Shown here: one piece after another, positions 28,703 to 36,837 of the stretch
Layout: every line of letters starts with the position of its first letter
Numbering within the stretch: position 1 is the first letter of the stretch
From: Candidatus Thorarchaeota archaeon
GTDB lineage: Archaea > Asgardarchaeota > Thorarchaeia > Thorarchaeales > Thorarchaeaceae
Assembly: GCA_048884785.1 (NCBI GenBank)
Contig: JBHLQM010000010.1
Coordinates: 1-64,000 of the forward strand
DNA: 64,000 nt
Direction of reading: 5' to 3'
Translations under genes and position numbers: made by a program
Notes under the pieces: generated by a model
What the model saw: the letters and a program-made list of their open reading frames with translations, nothing else
The model's database searches: none
What the model was told of the DNA's origin: nothing

Positions 28703-29145
28703 CCCAATGAACCTCCCTCAATAATGAATAGATTACCAGAATGCTCAACCAACGCACCTTCACGTTTCAGAACATCCACAAAATGGCGGGCTCGTTCTAA
28801 GTCAATTCCAGCTTCTGAACATTCGCGAAGTACTTCCGTGTAGGAGGCAGGCTGCCCCCTATTGATTTCAATTAGTGCCTCAATTATATTCAACACGCGC
28901 TTCTTTAAACCCAAGCCACGTGAAGCCCCTGTCTTTCTTTCATCCAATCTGGAAGTCAATACGAGATCCGTGAGTATGTCCTTTGCTTCATCAATAGTAG
29001 CAGCGTACAGAGTACCTTTTTCATGGAGAATTAGTCCATTACATAGGCTGCATCGGGCGTCATCCTCTTCGTTGTTTACTGCAGCAAAGCCAGAGTTTCT
29101 GCATCTTCTGCATTGATAGATTCTGAACATACCCCGGGCTTTCAA
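28699..29145 (-). CDS. Zn-ribbon plus C-terminal winged-helix protein (DUF1922/DUF5817-like)
   Basis: CRRC...CSLC; the C-terminus VLNIIEAL...AGIDLERARHFVDVLKREG resembles the MCM C-terminal winged helix. Confidence 0.6.
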   Translation of the reverse strand: MKARGMFRIYQCRRCRNSGFAAVNNEEDDARCSLCNGLILHEKGTLYAATIDEAKDILTDLVLTSRLDERKTGASRGLGLKKRVLNIIEALIEINRGQPASYTEVLRECSEAGIDLERARHFVDVLKREGALVEHSGNLFIIEGGSLG

Positions 29146-30218
29146 ACAGCTTCAACCTCCACTTCTTCGGAATCATCATCAGAACCCTCTTCGACGTCAA
29201 CTTTGGCTTCACCAAATCCAGGTCTACCTGATTTCTCAAGGACTTCAAGAACTCGAGAGCCAACATCTTTCTTCTCCTTTGCATCCTCATAGAAGCCGCC
29301 CCAACCAATTTTCAGCGACACGTCAAACTCTGGCACGCCAGCATTATCTTGAAGGGTAATTCGTCTCTCGTCATCCTTGATTCGTCTCACATAGAATCTG
29401 TAGTCGCTGGCATGACTCAGTACATGACCTCCAACAGGTGCATTTGGATTTCCGCCATAGGAGGAAATATTGGCCATCACCTGGTTTGTATAGGCAAATA
29501 CAGTGCCTGTCGCAGCTGCCGTTCGCCGCATCTGATTCAGGATATTGTTCATATCCTGCTGCCTTAGTTTCAATTGTTCAAGCCCAGTATATTCTGCTCT
29601 AAAGAGACCTGTGAAAGAATCAAGTACAACAAATTTGTAGTTCTGCTCTGCACACATCTGCGGAATGCTTTCAAAAATCTCGGTGATTTGGCCTGAGAGA
29701 ATGATCTCTGCCCTTCCGATATTCCCCAAAGTAACATCAGGATCCAACCCGAAACGGATGGCATTTGCCCGTATTACCCACGGTTTGAATGAAGACTCAC
29801 TGTCAAGCCAAAGAACTCTGCCTCCAAAGCCGCCCTCCTCTACAGGAAGTTGAGCTCTCACCGCAAGAAATGAACACCATTGCGTTTTACCTCCTCTGGC
29901 AGGACCATAGAACTCTATAATAGAGCCCTCCTCAATCCCACCGAGAAGCGCCTCATCAAGTTTGGAGATGCCACTCTTCAAACGAGGTTTGGTCTCCATC
30001 TCATGCTCCACATCAAGTCCGGATTTAAAGCCGAACATCCCTGTGAGCATCCGCGCATTCTTAATCAACTTGGAAATTGTACCTTCTCCAAGCTTGGTCT
30101 TTTCCTGAAGCTCAACTGGATTCTGAACTGCAAGCAGCTCTGCTGTTGTGACGAAGACCTCTCTGAGCTTCTTTGCTGCTGCAGGTCCTACACCACTTAC
30201 TGCCTCAAGATCAGTCAA
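29142..30218 (-). CDS. radA: Divergent full-length RadA/Rad51-family recombinase
   Basis: HhH N-terminal domain (GVGPAAAKKL), GFKSG linker, LDEALLGGIE, GPARGGKTQ, VVLDSFTGLFRAEY, RQQ, TNQV, PVGGHVLSHA. Probably a paralog of the housekeeping radA. Confidence 0.88.
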   Translation of the reverse strand: MTDLEAVSGVGPAAAKKLREVFVTTAELLAVQNPVELQEKTKLGEGTISKLIKNARMLTGMFGFKSGLDVEHEMETKPRLKSGISKLDEALLGGIEEGSIIEFYGPARGGKTQWCSFLAVRAQLPVEEGGFGGRVLWLDSESSFKPWVIRANAIRFGLDPDVTLGNIGRAEIILSGQITEIFESIPQMCAEQNYKFVVLDSFTGLFRAEYTGLEQLKLRQQDMNNILNQMRRTAAATGTVFAYTNQVMANISSYGGNPNAPVGGHVLSHASDYRFYVRRIKDDERRITLQDNAGVPEFDVSLKIGWGGFYEDAKEKKDVGSRVLEVLEKSGRPGFGEAKVDVEEGSDDDSEEVEVEAV

Positions 30219-30669
30219 CTTTGAGAACCTCCTTCACCTGAGTTTCCACGGGGCCCCTAAGGGGAACCAACCGCATGAATCTGGATATCTCAGAAGGAGG
30301 AATCACAATCATTCCGCCAAGGAACACTGTCCGTACTCCAGCCAATTGCAGCTGTACAGCTGATGCATCTGGCGATGAGATTGGAAACAGTATACCCTGT
30401 TCAGTCACTCTCCCTGTGATGCTGATATACCCGCCAAGAGAGTCAAGAACAGAACCGTCTTCTGGAGTCTGTCCAGGCGCAATTGGTGTGATATCCAACA
30501 GCATGTCCGCAGTGTCCAAGACATCTGATAGGAACGGAGCCCAGAGATATTCTGGCTCCCAATACCTAGGCAGCCCAAGTCCAGCAATTGCTCCTGCCAA
30601 CCATGTGGTATCAGTAATGTCAGACACAACAGGGAGTATCCGTCCATTCAGGTCAATAGTGTAACTCAT
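30211..30669 (-). CDS. Hypothetical protein, operon member
   Basis: 152 aa; ATGA overlap upstream, carries the RBS for the radA-like gene. Confidence 0.7.
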   Translation of the reverse strand: MSYTIDLNGRILPVVSDITDTTWLAGAIAGLGLPRYWEPEYLWAPFLSDVLDTADMLLDITPIAPGQTPEDGSVLDSLGGYISITGRVTEQGILFPISSPDASAVQLQLAGVRTVFLGGMIVIPPSEISRFMRLVPLRGPVETQVKEVLKVD

Positions 30670-31391
30670 ACTACTTCCTCCTGTGCTATAATATTGAATG
30701 TTCCAACCACTTCATTCTGGGGTTGCATATCGTCGAGCCAGTTGAGAATTTCCTGAACGAGATGCTTCTCAAACTGCGTACGGCTCAGAACAGATTGCAA
30801 TAGCGCCTTTGATGCTAGCCGGACCCTATCGATAGCCCTTGAGCGTGTTTCGTAATCAAGCGGTCTATACCAATCCATGGTCACATAGCCACTCTCGCCA
30901 GCAAGAAACTCTCGCCAGTCAATATTGAATGGAAGGTCCTTCTCAAGTATGTTCAGAAGAACACGAGTCCATGTAGCCCATCGGTCCATGAATCTCCAGA
31001 TGTTTCTTCCCAGTTCCTCAATACTTGAGCCTTCGAAGATGAGAATGATACGTGTTGCGTCGTCACGTTCTATCGCCGATGCCGAAATCATCCGATTCTG
31101 CTGCTCAACAAGTAGTGCAATTGCTGGTATGAGTCCAGGAATGTCACATTGTCGATATGATCCATTTTGACCTTCTTTGTATCGAGGGAAGGGAGATAGA
31201 ATCTCACTTCGCAATCCTGCGATCACAACCATAGACCCATCCTGTTGAAGGGTTGCCCTGGCAATGTGACGATCACTACTCTCAAACATCATTTGCATGT
31301 ACAATGTCACGTCAATGTCGTGCTTGTCCTTAACACTCTCATATTGACGTGCCAAACCTGCCTCGAAGTTCCTGCATGACATCAAATTCAC
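30666..31391 (-). CDS. Hypothetical protein, first gene of the operon
   Basis: 241-aa ORF downstream of the TATA/repeat region. Confidence 0.7.
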   Translation of the reverse strand: MNLMSCRNFEAGLARQYESVKDKHDIDVTLYMQMMFESSDRHIARATLQQDGSMVVIAGLRSEILSPFPRYKEGQNGSYRQCDIPGLIPAIALLVEQQNRMISASAIERDDATRIILIFEGSSIEELGRNIWRFMDRWATWTRVLLNILEKDLPFNIDWREFLAGESGYVTMDWYRPLDYETRSRAIDRVRLASKALLQSVLSRTQFEKHLVQEILNWLDDMQPQNEVVGTFNIIAQEEVV

Positions 31392-31448
31392 TCAAGGAGA
31401 ATTAGTGAAGAACAAGAAAGAAAGGTGTGTTGTAACTTCACGTGGTTT

Positions 31449-31488
31449 AGCTATATGAACTCAAATGAGCTATATGAACTCAAATGAG
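31449..31488. repeat. Perfect tandem 19-bp direct repeat (operator-like) upstream of the operon
   Basis: (AGCTATATGAACTCAAATG)x2 + AG; contains ACTCA-AA-TGAG(C/T) dyads. Confidence 0.85.
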
Positions 31489-31507
31489 TCTGCTGCGTGA
31501 ATTATGG

Positions 31508-31520
31508 GTTTTATATATCC
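31508..31520 (-). promoter_or_regulatory. Putative TATA box of the operon
   Basis: Minus strand GGATATATAAAAC, about 25 nt upstream of the tandem repeat. Confidence 0.45.
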
Positions 31521-31610
31521 AATAAATCAAAAATGGACTACCATAATCCTCTATTTGCATTCAATATTTGAAAAATGGTTCAACGCATTCAAGTGAACTA
31601 TCAAAAAACG

Positions 31611-32258
31611 CTAATATTCGTTCTTGGAGCCGCGCGTAATGTGATATATTCCTCCATACAGAGAGACCTGTTCGTATGAGATTTCAAGATTCATACGTCG
31701 GAGACCTTCACAGAGTTCATTAGCTACAAAGTAATGCTCATCCTCATCCCATAGACCTTGAAGGTTCTTGCGTGCGGTATCATGGTCCTCTAGAGTCGTG
31801 AATGAAACGTCCCCAATAAGAATGAAACCATCCGGAGTCAGATAATTCACCATTCGCGGAATCAGTTTCAAGTTTGTCTGCAAATCAAAGTGATGAAGAA
31901 CATAGGCAGAAACGATTCGATCAAATCTGGTCGCTATCCTTGATGACCAGTCAGATCTTAAATCTAGATTAACCAACGTGGCCATTGGAATTCTTCTTGC
32001 AGCATGTTCAAGCATCCTTGAAGAATAATCCAGCCCCCAAATTACACAACCTGATTCGGCAAACCGACTTGCGAGAGAACCTGTGCCAATCCCAACATCC
32101 AGCACCGTCATCTCTGGGTTGGGAGATGCAATCTCATGAATTCTATCCAATAGTGCTTCATATCCAAGGAATGGAAAACCAGAGGACCAACTCTTGATAA
32201 TGTCATCATATGTATCGGCCCATGCATCAAAAAGCTCGGGAGTTCTTTCGGGATTCAT
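31611..32258 (-). CDS. Class I SAM-dependent methyltransferase
   Basis: FDAWADTYD, VLDVGIGTG, GLDYS..ML, AYVLHH, LTPDG; likely ATG 32258. Confidence 0.88.
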   Translation of the reverse strand: MNPERTPELFDAWADTYDDIIKSWSSGFPFLGYEALLDRIHEIASPNPEMTVLDVGIGTGSLASRFAESGCVIWGLDYSSRMLEHAARRIPMATLVNLDLRSDWSSRIATRFDRIVSAYVLHHFDLQTNLKLIPRMVNYLTPDGFILIGDVSFTTLEDHDTARKNLQGLWDEDEHYFVANELCEGLRRMNLEISYEQVSLYGGIYHITRGSKNEY

Positions 32259-32385
32259 CGTCTTCTGGCGTCCATGATTCAAGTTATCTCTTTTCATTAA
32301 TGATAATATTGCTAACAAGAGCAAGAATATTATATGTGATATCTCTGTAATCTCTAATAGGAGTTGCTCACTATTCAGCAACGAG

Positions 32386-32613
32386 ATGTTGACAAGCTAC
32401 GAGGAATTTGAGGAGCTGCTTTACAGTTGGGTTATGGAGAGCAGTTTCTCTATCCACAAACATGAGATTGTAAATCTAAATGAAGAGATAGTTGCCTGGA
32501 GTATGACTCTGGGTTCAGGTATTGCAGCAGCGGTAATCCTACTTCTCGCATTAATGCTGCTATTGAAAGGCGTCAAACCGTTGATGAATGAGATAGACAT
32601 AACGTTTGGATAA
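32386..32613 (+). CDS. Small single-TM hypothetical protein
   Basis: 75 aa with one hydrophobic helix. Confidence 0.35.
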   Translation: MLTSYEEFEELLYSWVMESSFSIHKHEIVNLNEEIVAWSMTLGSGIAAAVILLLALMLLLKGVKPLMNEIDITFG

Positions 32614-32653
32614 AAAGGAGATTGGCCGCGTACTGCGGCCATCCTTTTCCGTA

Positions 32654-33886
32654 CTAAATCGATTTTAGTTTTGCACGTTGATAGATAACTGCTAATAGAA
32701 CTGGAACTACCAGAATCCCTGCAACACTGACATTGACGAGTGCTTCTGTAGTATCTTCTGTTGACGAACCTCGGACAGCAGGAAGGATATAGTTTAACAT
32801 GAACGAATCTGTCGGGTGAGGATCCGCATCAGCGATATTGGCAGTAAAAACAACCACCAAATCATCCTCCGGTACAACATAGATTTTCTGTTCATAATGT
32901 CCATTAGCTTCATAGAATCCAAATTCTGGGAATAACCACCATTGGTAGCCGTAGTTCATATGACCTGAGACTTCCACATCAGAGTGAGTAGCCTCATATA
33001 CCCAATCATATGACACTATCTCAGTGCCATTCCAAGTTCCGTTGTTCAACATCAAGTATCCAAGTCTTGCCATGTTTCTTGAGCTTAGATAGAGACCTCC
33101 ATCCGTATGCAATACATTGCTCATAGGCATTGCATACCAATCATAGGAATCAATACCAATAGGACCAAACAAATACTCCTCTGCGAACTCGGTTACAGGC
33201 ATGCCAGTCACTTTTTCAAGAACTGCTCCAAGTAAGACAGACATACCCGAATTATATCGCCACTGAGCACCAGGATCTCTGACCATAGGTTGGTCAAGGA
33301 TATGTTGGATCGGATCAGTAGTATGCCACATCTGCTTCAGAGTGTTTCTATCATCAGTATAAGGATAATCCAGTTCTGTCCAATACATACCCTCTGTCAT
33401 TGTGAGCATGTGATACAATGTGATGTTCTCCTTTCGAGAATCCAGATTGTCAATGGTACGATCAGGGAAGAAGTCAATCATCCTCTGGTTTACATTATCA
33501 AGGAATCCTTCATGCAATGCTATCCCTATTAGTGTCGAGGTGAAACTTTTAGTGACTGACTGCAGCATGTGTTTCCTTGCAGGACTGTAAATATCGTTGG
33601 GATATTCCTCCCAGACTATGTATCCACCTCGTACGACAATCACTGAGTGAATGTTGTGAGGTGTTTCTTCAATAGTCGTCATCATTGCATCTAGATAAGA
33701 AACATCTAAACCGTGATCGATGGGATCACCGGTTTGCCACTCCTCGGTTGGCCAATAATCACGGTCTAAACTTAGGAAATACTTGCTATGATTGTTTCCT
33801 TTTGCCATGGAAGGAGTTGTGAAACTCAGTAACAGCATCAGCAAGACGACTGTTAAAACAAGGAGTTTTGGATATTCATTTTTCAT
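32654..33886 (-). CDS. Membrane-anchored serine hydrolase, beta-lactamase class C/NylB-like
   Basis: Signal peptide, SVTKS (SxxK), YNS, GLYLSSRNMARLG, YGYQWW, C-terminal TM; ATG 33886 after GAGGTG. Confidence 0.88.
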   Translation of the reverse strand: MKNEYPKLLVLTVVLLMLLLSFTTPSMAKGNNHSKYFLSLDRDYWPTEEWQTGDPIDHGLDVSYLDAMMTTIEETPHNIHSVIVVRGGYIVWEEYPNDIYSPARKHMLQSVTKSFTSTLIGIALHEGFLDNVNQRMIDFFPDRTIDNLDSRKENITLYHMLTMTEGMYWTELDYPYTDDRNTLKQMWHTTDPIQHILDQPMVRDPGAQWRYNSGMSVLLGAVLEKVTGMPVTEFAEEYLFGPIGIDSYDWYAMPMSNVLHTDGGLYLSSRNMARLGYLMLNNGTWNGTEIVSYDWVYEATHSDVEVSGHMNYGYQWWLFPEFGFYEANGHYEQKIYVVPEDDLVVVFTANIADADPHPTDSFMLNYILPAVRGSSTEDTTEALVNVSVAGILVVPVLLAVIYQRAKLKSI

Positions 33887-33900
33887 TATTGTCCACCTCA

Positions 33901-34845
33901 CTAAATCACTATTGCCAGTATGAAACTTAGCCAATACAGTACTATCGTGTTTGCAACGAATATCCACTTACCTTTCTTTGAGGTATTGTAATGATTCTGT
34001 GCAAGCTTATAGCTGATTCCTAGATAGACTAGAAAAACAACAAAGATCAATGGCATCAAGACTCCAATGACTTGTGATGGTAATCCATTCAAATCAGCTG
34101 CGCCGACAGTATACTCCCCAAAAGTAATTGGATTTGATAGAATGGCTAGTTTGAAGGCTTCAGCAAAGCAGTTGAAGAGAGTACTTGCTAAGATAAGCAT
34201 GGACACATGTAGGTGTAATAGAGAAGGGAGGAATGCCTCTCTTACTGATTTCCTTGCAAGTGGTATCAAGATAACAATGCAGAAGACTAGTGGTATGATA
34301 ATCAAATCCTCAGCAACACCCTCGAAGAAGTAGGGATTGCCGGTAACTAATGCAGATGTATGAAATATCCAATTCCATGATTCATGGTATGTTTCAGGAT
34401 ATGATAAAGGCCAGAGACCATTTCCGTACCACGGAAATGTACCAGTCCAGCCTCCAGAGAAGGGTGTAGTATAGACTATTGCAGACCATAATCTAATCTC
34501 TTCTTCACCGTAGTTACTAATAGTTTGTAGAACATCGCCCATGACATGATAGTAGATTCCAATGATATTACTAAGAATGAATATACCAATAACTAGATAG
34601 ATTGCCACAAGCCGGAGAGTGACTTCTCTGGATATATATCCAGACCGACCTTCTTCCGGAATTTGTTCTATGGAACCTTTTGAGAGAGACTTGAGTTCTA
34701 CTGGACTTCGTGCTGAATGGAACCATCTTCTTACCCTACTGGGAGAATTCTCATCTGAGTATTTTACTATCAAAAAGGATAGAACATACATAACAACAGG
34801 GATGAGAAGGAAAAGCACTATTGCGAATAATTGGGGAACAATCAT
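33901..34845 (-). CDS. Multi-pass membrane protein
   Basis: About 6 TM segments. Confidence 0.7.
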   Translation of the reverse strand: MIVPQLFAIVLFLLIPVVMYVLSFLIVKYSDENSPSRVRRWFHSARSPVELKSLSKGSIEQIPEEGRSGYISREVTLRLVAIYLVIGIFILSNIIGIYYHVMGDVLQTISNYGEEEIRLWSAIVYTTPFSGGWTGTFPWYGNGLWPLSYPETYHESWNWIFHTSALVTGNPYFFEGVAEDLIIIPLVFCIVILIPLARKSVREAFLPSLLHLHVSMLILASTLFNCFAEAFKLAILSNPITFGEYTVGAADLNGLPSQVIGVLMPLIFVVFLVYLGISYKLAQNHYNTSKKGKWIFVANTIVLYWLSFILAIVI

Positions 34846-35242
34846 TTTAAATCAACCAGTGATTACGTTTGAATGTTGCCAAACGTTAAACAGTATTTAA
34901 ACTTCTTATAAACGTAAGTTCTGAAAAGAGCTCTTTCTGGTACAAATAGAGCCGCAAAATGCCGCTGAGAATGAGAAAGTATGTTGCAATTAGTCACACT
35001 TGGTTGATTCTGCTATTCTAGCCTACCAACTAACAGAAATTGCATTCACTGGACAGACATCAATACATCTCAGACATCTTGTGCATTGGGATATATAGAC
35101 AGGAGTCACCGGAGTCACCTATCGTGCATCGTCAAGAGCAAAACGAACTCCTCCTACCACGATGAGGAACGCCCTTTCTAGAGAATCAGTTTCTGTCATA
35201 GAGTTTACAGAAACTTTATGACCTAAACACAATCCAAAGAAA

Positions 35243-35485
35243 TTGATCTCAATGACTTGCTATTTTTCACATTCACGAGTGCAGGAGTTATTTGATGGTC
35301 TCGGAATTGAAGTGACTAAAGAGAACAGGAAAATTATTGATGAGAAACTCCATGAGTGGCTAAGTGTAGAATATCCAAACTGCGCAGCGACCTGGAAGCT
35401 TATCAGAAAGAAGCTCAAAGAAGACGGCCCAGGGTTCAAGGCAAGGCTTCGTGAGGTACTAACCCCATTCATGACACAGGGCTAG
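35243..35485 (+). CDS. Small hypothetical protein
   Basis: MTCYF...LGIEVTKENRKIID...CAATWK; protein-like composition. Confidence 0.6.
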   Translation: MISMTCYFSHSRVQELFDGLGIEVTKENRKIIDEKLHEWLSVEYPNCAATWKLIRKKLKEDGPGFKARLREVLTPFMTQG

Positions 35486-36647
35486 CAAACTGCTGAACAA
35501 GCCACCAGATGTATTTCTTCAGCGAGCATGAAACATGAGAAGGATAAGAAACTGCTTCATTTTTGACCACTTTGATAGTGAAACCACTATTCTCTAGAAG
35601 GTTCATGATTTTCTCAACTCCCGTTTTGTCGGTAGTGAAACCCATTTTGAGTGCCCTAAGGATTTCAAAGCCGTAGGCAGTGAGCCAAAGACCTCTGAGG
35701 TCATACTCGCCGCCGAAAAAGGAAATTTCGACATTTTCCATCTCCTGCTGTCGTAAATGAAGAACAGCATCAAGCCGGGATGCCAAATCTCCATATTGAG
35801 TACAGTGTTCAATATCTAGACCGATAGTGGAACCTCCACTGTCAATGATACCCACCAACTTCTCTACAATTGCAGATGCAATCAATGCGGTAGCCTCTCT
35901 GACAGTTATCTCATTTGAGAGGCCATCAAAACATGCTCTCAGATCGGAGTCGATGTAACCAAGATGTCGTAGACCTATGGCATCTAGAAGTCCATATTGC
36001 AGTATCCGATACTCGGAGTCCCGTAGAGAAATCCTCATCAGCTTCGCAATTGGGGTCCAATCCCACCCGGGTTCCAATGGTAGTCGCCGAATTTCGTCTG
36101 AAATTGATGGCAGTGTGGGATACATAAAGGTTTGAAGGTCAAGAGTAGCATCAACGCTCAAGTAGCTATTATGTTTTAAAGATGGAAAGAGAGGAGTCAA
36201 ATCGAGTTCCTTTATGTTATTTCCACCCAAATGCATCTCCTTAATTCTGGTACATAGACTCAGGGGAATGAGGTCGAGTTTTTCGAGGGAATTGAATGAA
36301 AGATCAAGAATCTCTAGCTTTGTACAAGAAGAGAGTGGTGAGAGATCAATCTGCTTTAGTTTGTTATGTTGAAGGTAGATTTCACGAAGGTTTCTCATTT
36401 TGTGAAGTGGGCTTAGATCAATTGATGCAATTCCTTTTGCAGCCAGTGACAATTCATTGCCAGTATTTGATAATTCATGAACAAATTCATGTTCATTAAT
36501 GGTATAACTAATTCTAGCCTTCAAATCCCCGCCTCTGAAGAGATGCATTGAATATGCTCCATAGTGTTTGCGTGAGAGAATAAAGACTGCACATCTTTTG
36601 TATACCAAGTTACAAGTTCTACTGCACCAACTTACAATCATTTTCAA
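35469..36647 (-). CDS. Leucine-rich repeat protein
   Basis: Repeated IDLSPL....LR.IYL..N.L units; the true start is probably ~36524. Confidence 0.82.
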   Translation of the reverse strand: MKMIVSWCSRTCNLVYKRCAVFILSRKHYGAYSMHLFRGGDLKARISYTINEHEFVHELSNTGNELSLAAKGIASIDLSPLHKMRNLREIYLQHNKLKQIDLSPLSSCTKLEILDLSFNSLEKLDLIPLSLCTRIKEMHLGGNNIKELDLTPLFPSLKHNSYLSVDATLDLQTFMYPTLPSISDEIRRLPLEPGWDWTPIAKLMRISLRDSEYRILQYGLLDAIGLRHLGYIDSDLRACFDGLSNEITVREATALIASAIVEKLVGIIDSGGSTIGLDIEHCTQYGDLASRLDAVLHLRQQEMENVEISFFGGEYDLRGLWLTAYGFEILRALKMGFTTDKTGVEKIMNLLENSGFTIKVVKNEAVSYPSHVSCSLKKYIWWLVQQFASPVS

Positions 36648-36837
36648 ACGTAATATACTTTAGAATGCCCCATTTTTTCAAAAGAAGATTTATGAACTCT
36701 TAATTTGAGCATAAAGTATTATGAACCCCAATTGTTTAATTTTTTGGCAATTAGAGAAGGAGAATATTTCGTTGGGGAAATTTATGGCCAACTACAACCA
36801 TCAATAATCTCAGGACTTACCAGTCCCTGGCAGGGAA

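Noticed and set aside
15425-31391. Operon as provirus or integrated conjugative element
   Set aside because: No integrase, relaxase, replication initiator, capsid gene, flanking tRNA or att repeats were recognised.
31449-31488. Tandem repeat as a mini-CRISPR
   Set aside because: Only two adjacent 19-bp copies with no spacer, and no cas genes.
35102-35119. GGAGTCACC x2 direct repeat in an intergenic region
   Set aside because: Too short and isolated to interpret; may be chance or debris of a decayed gene.
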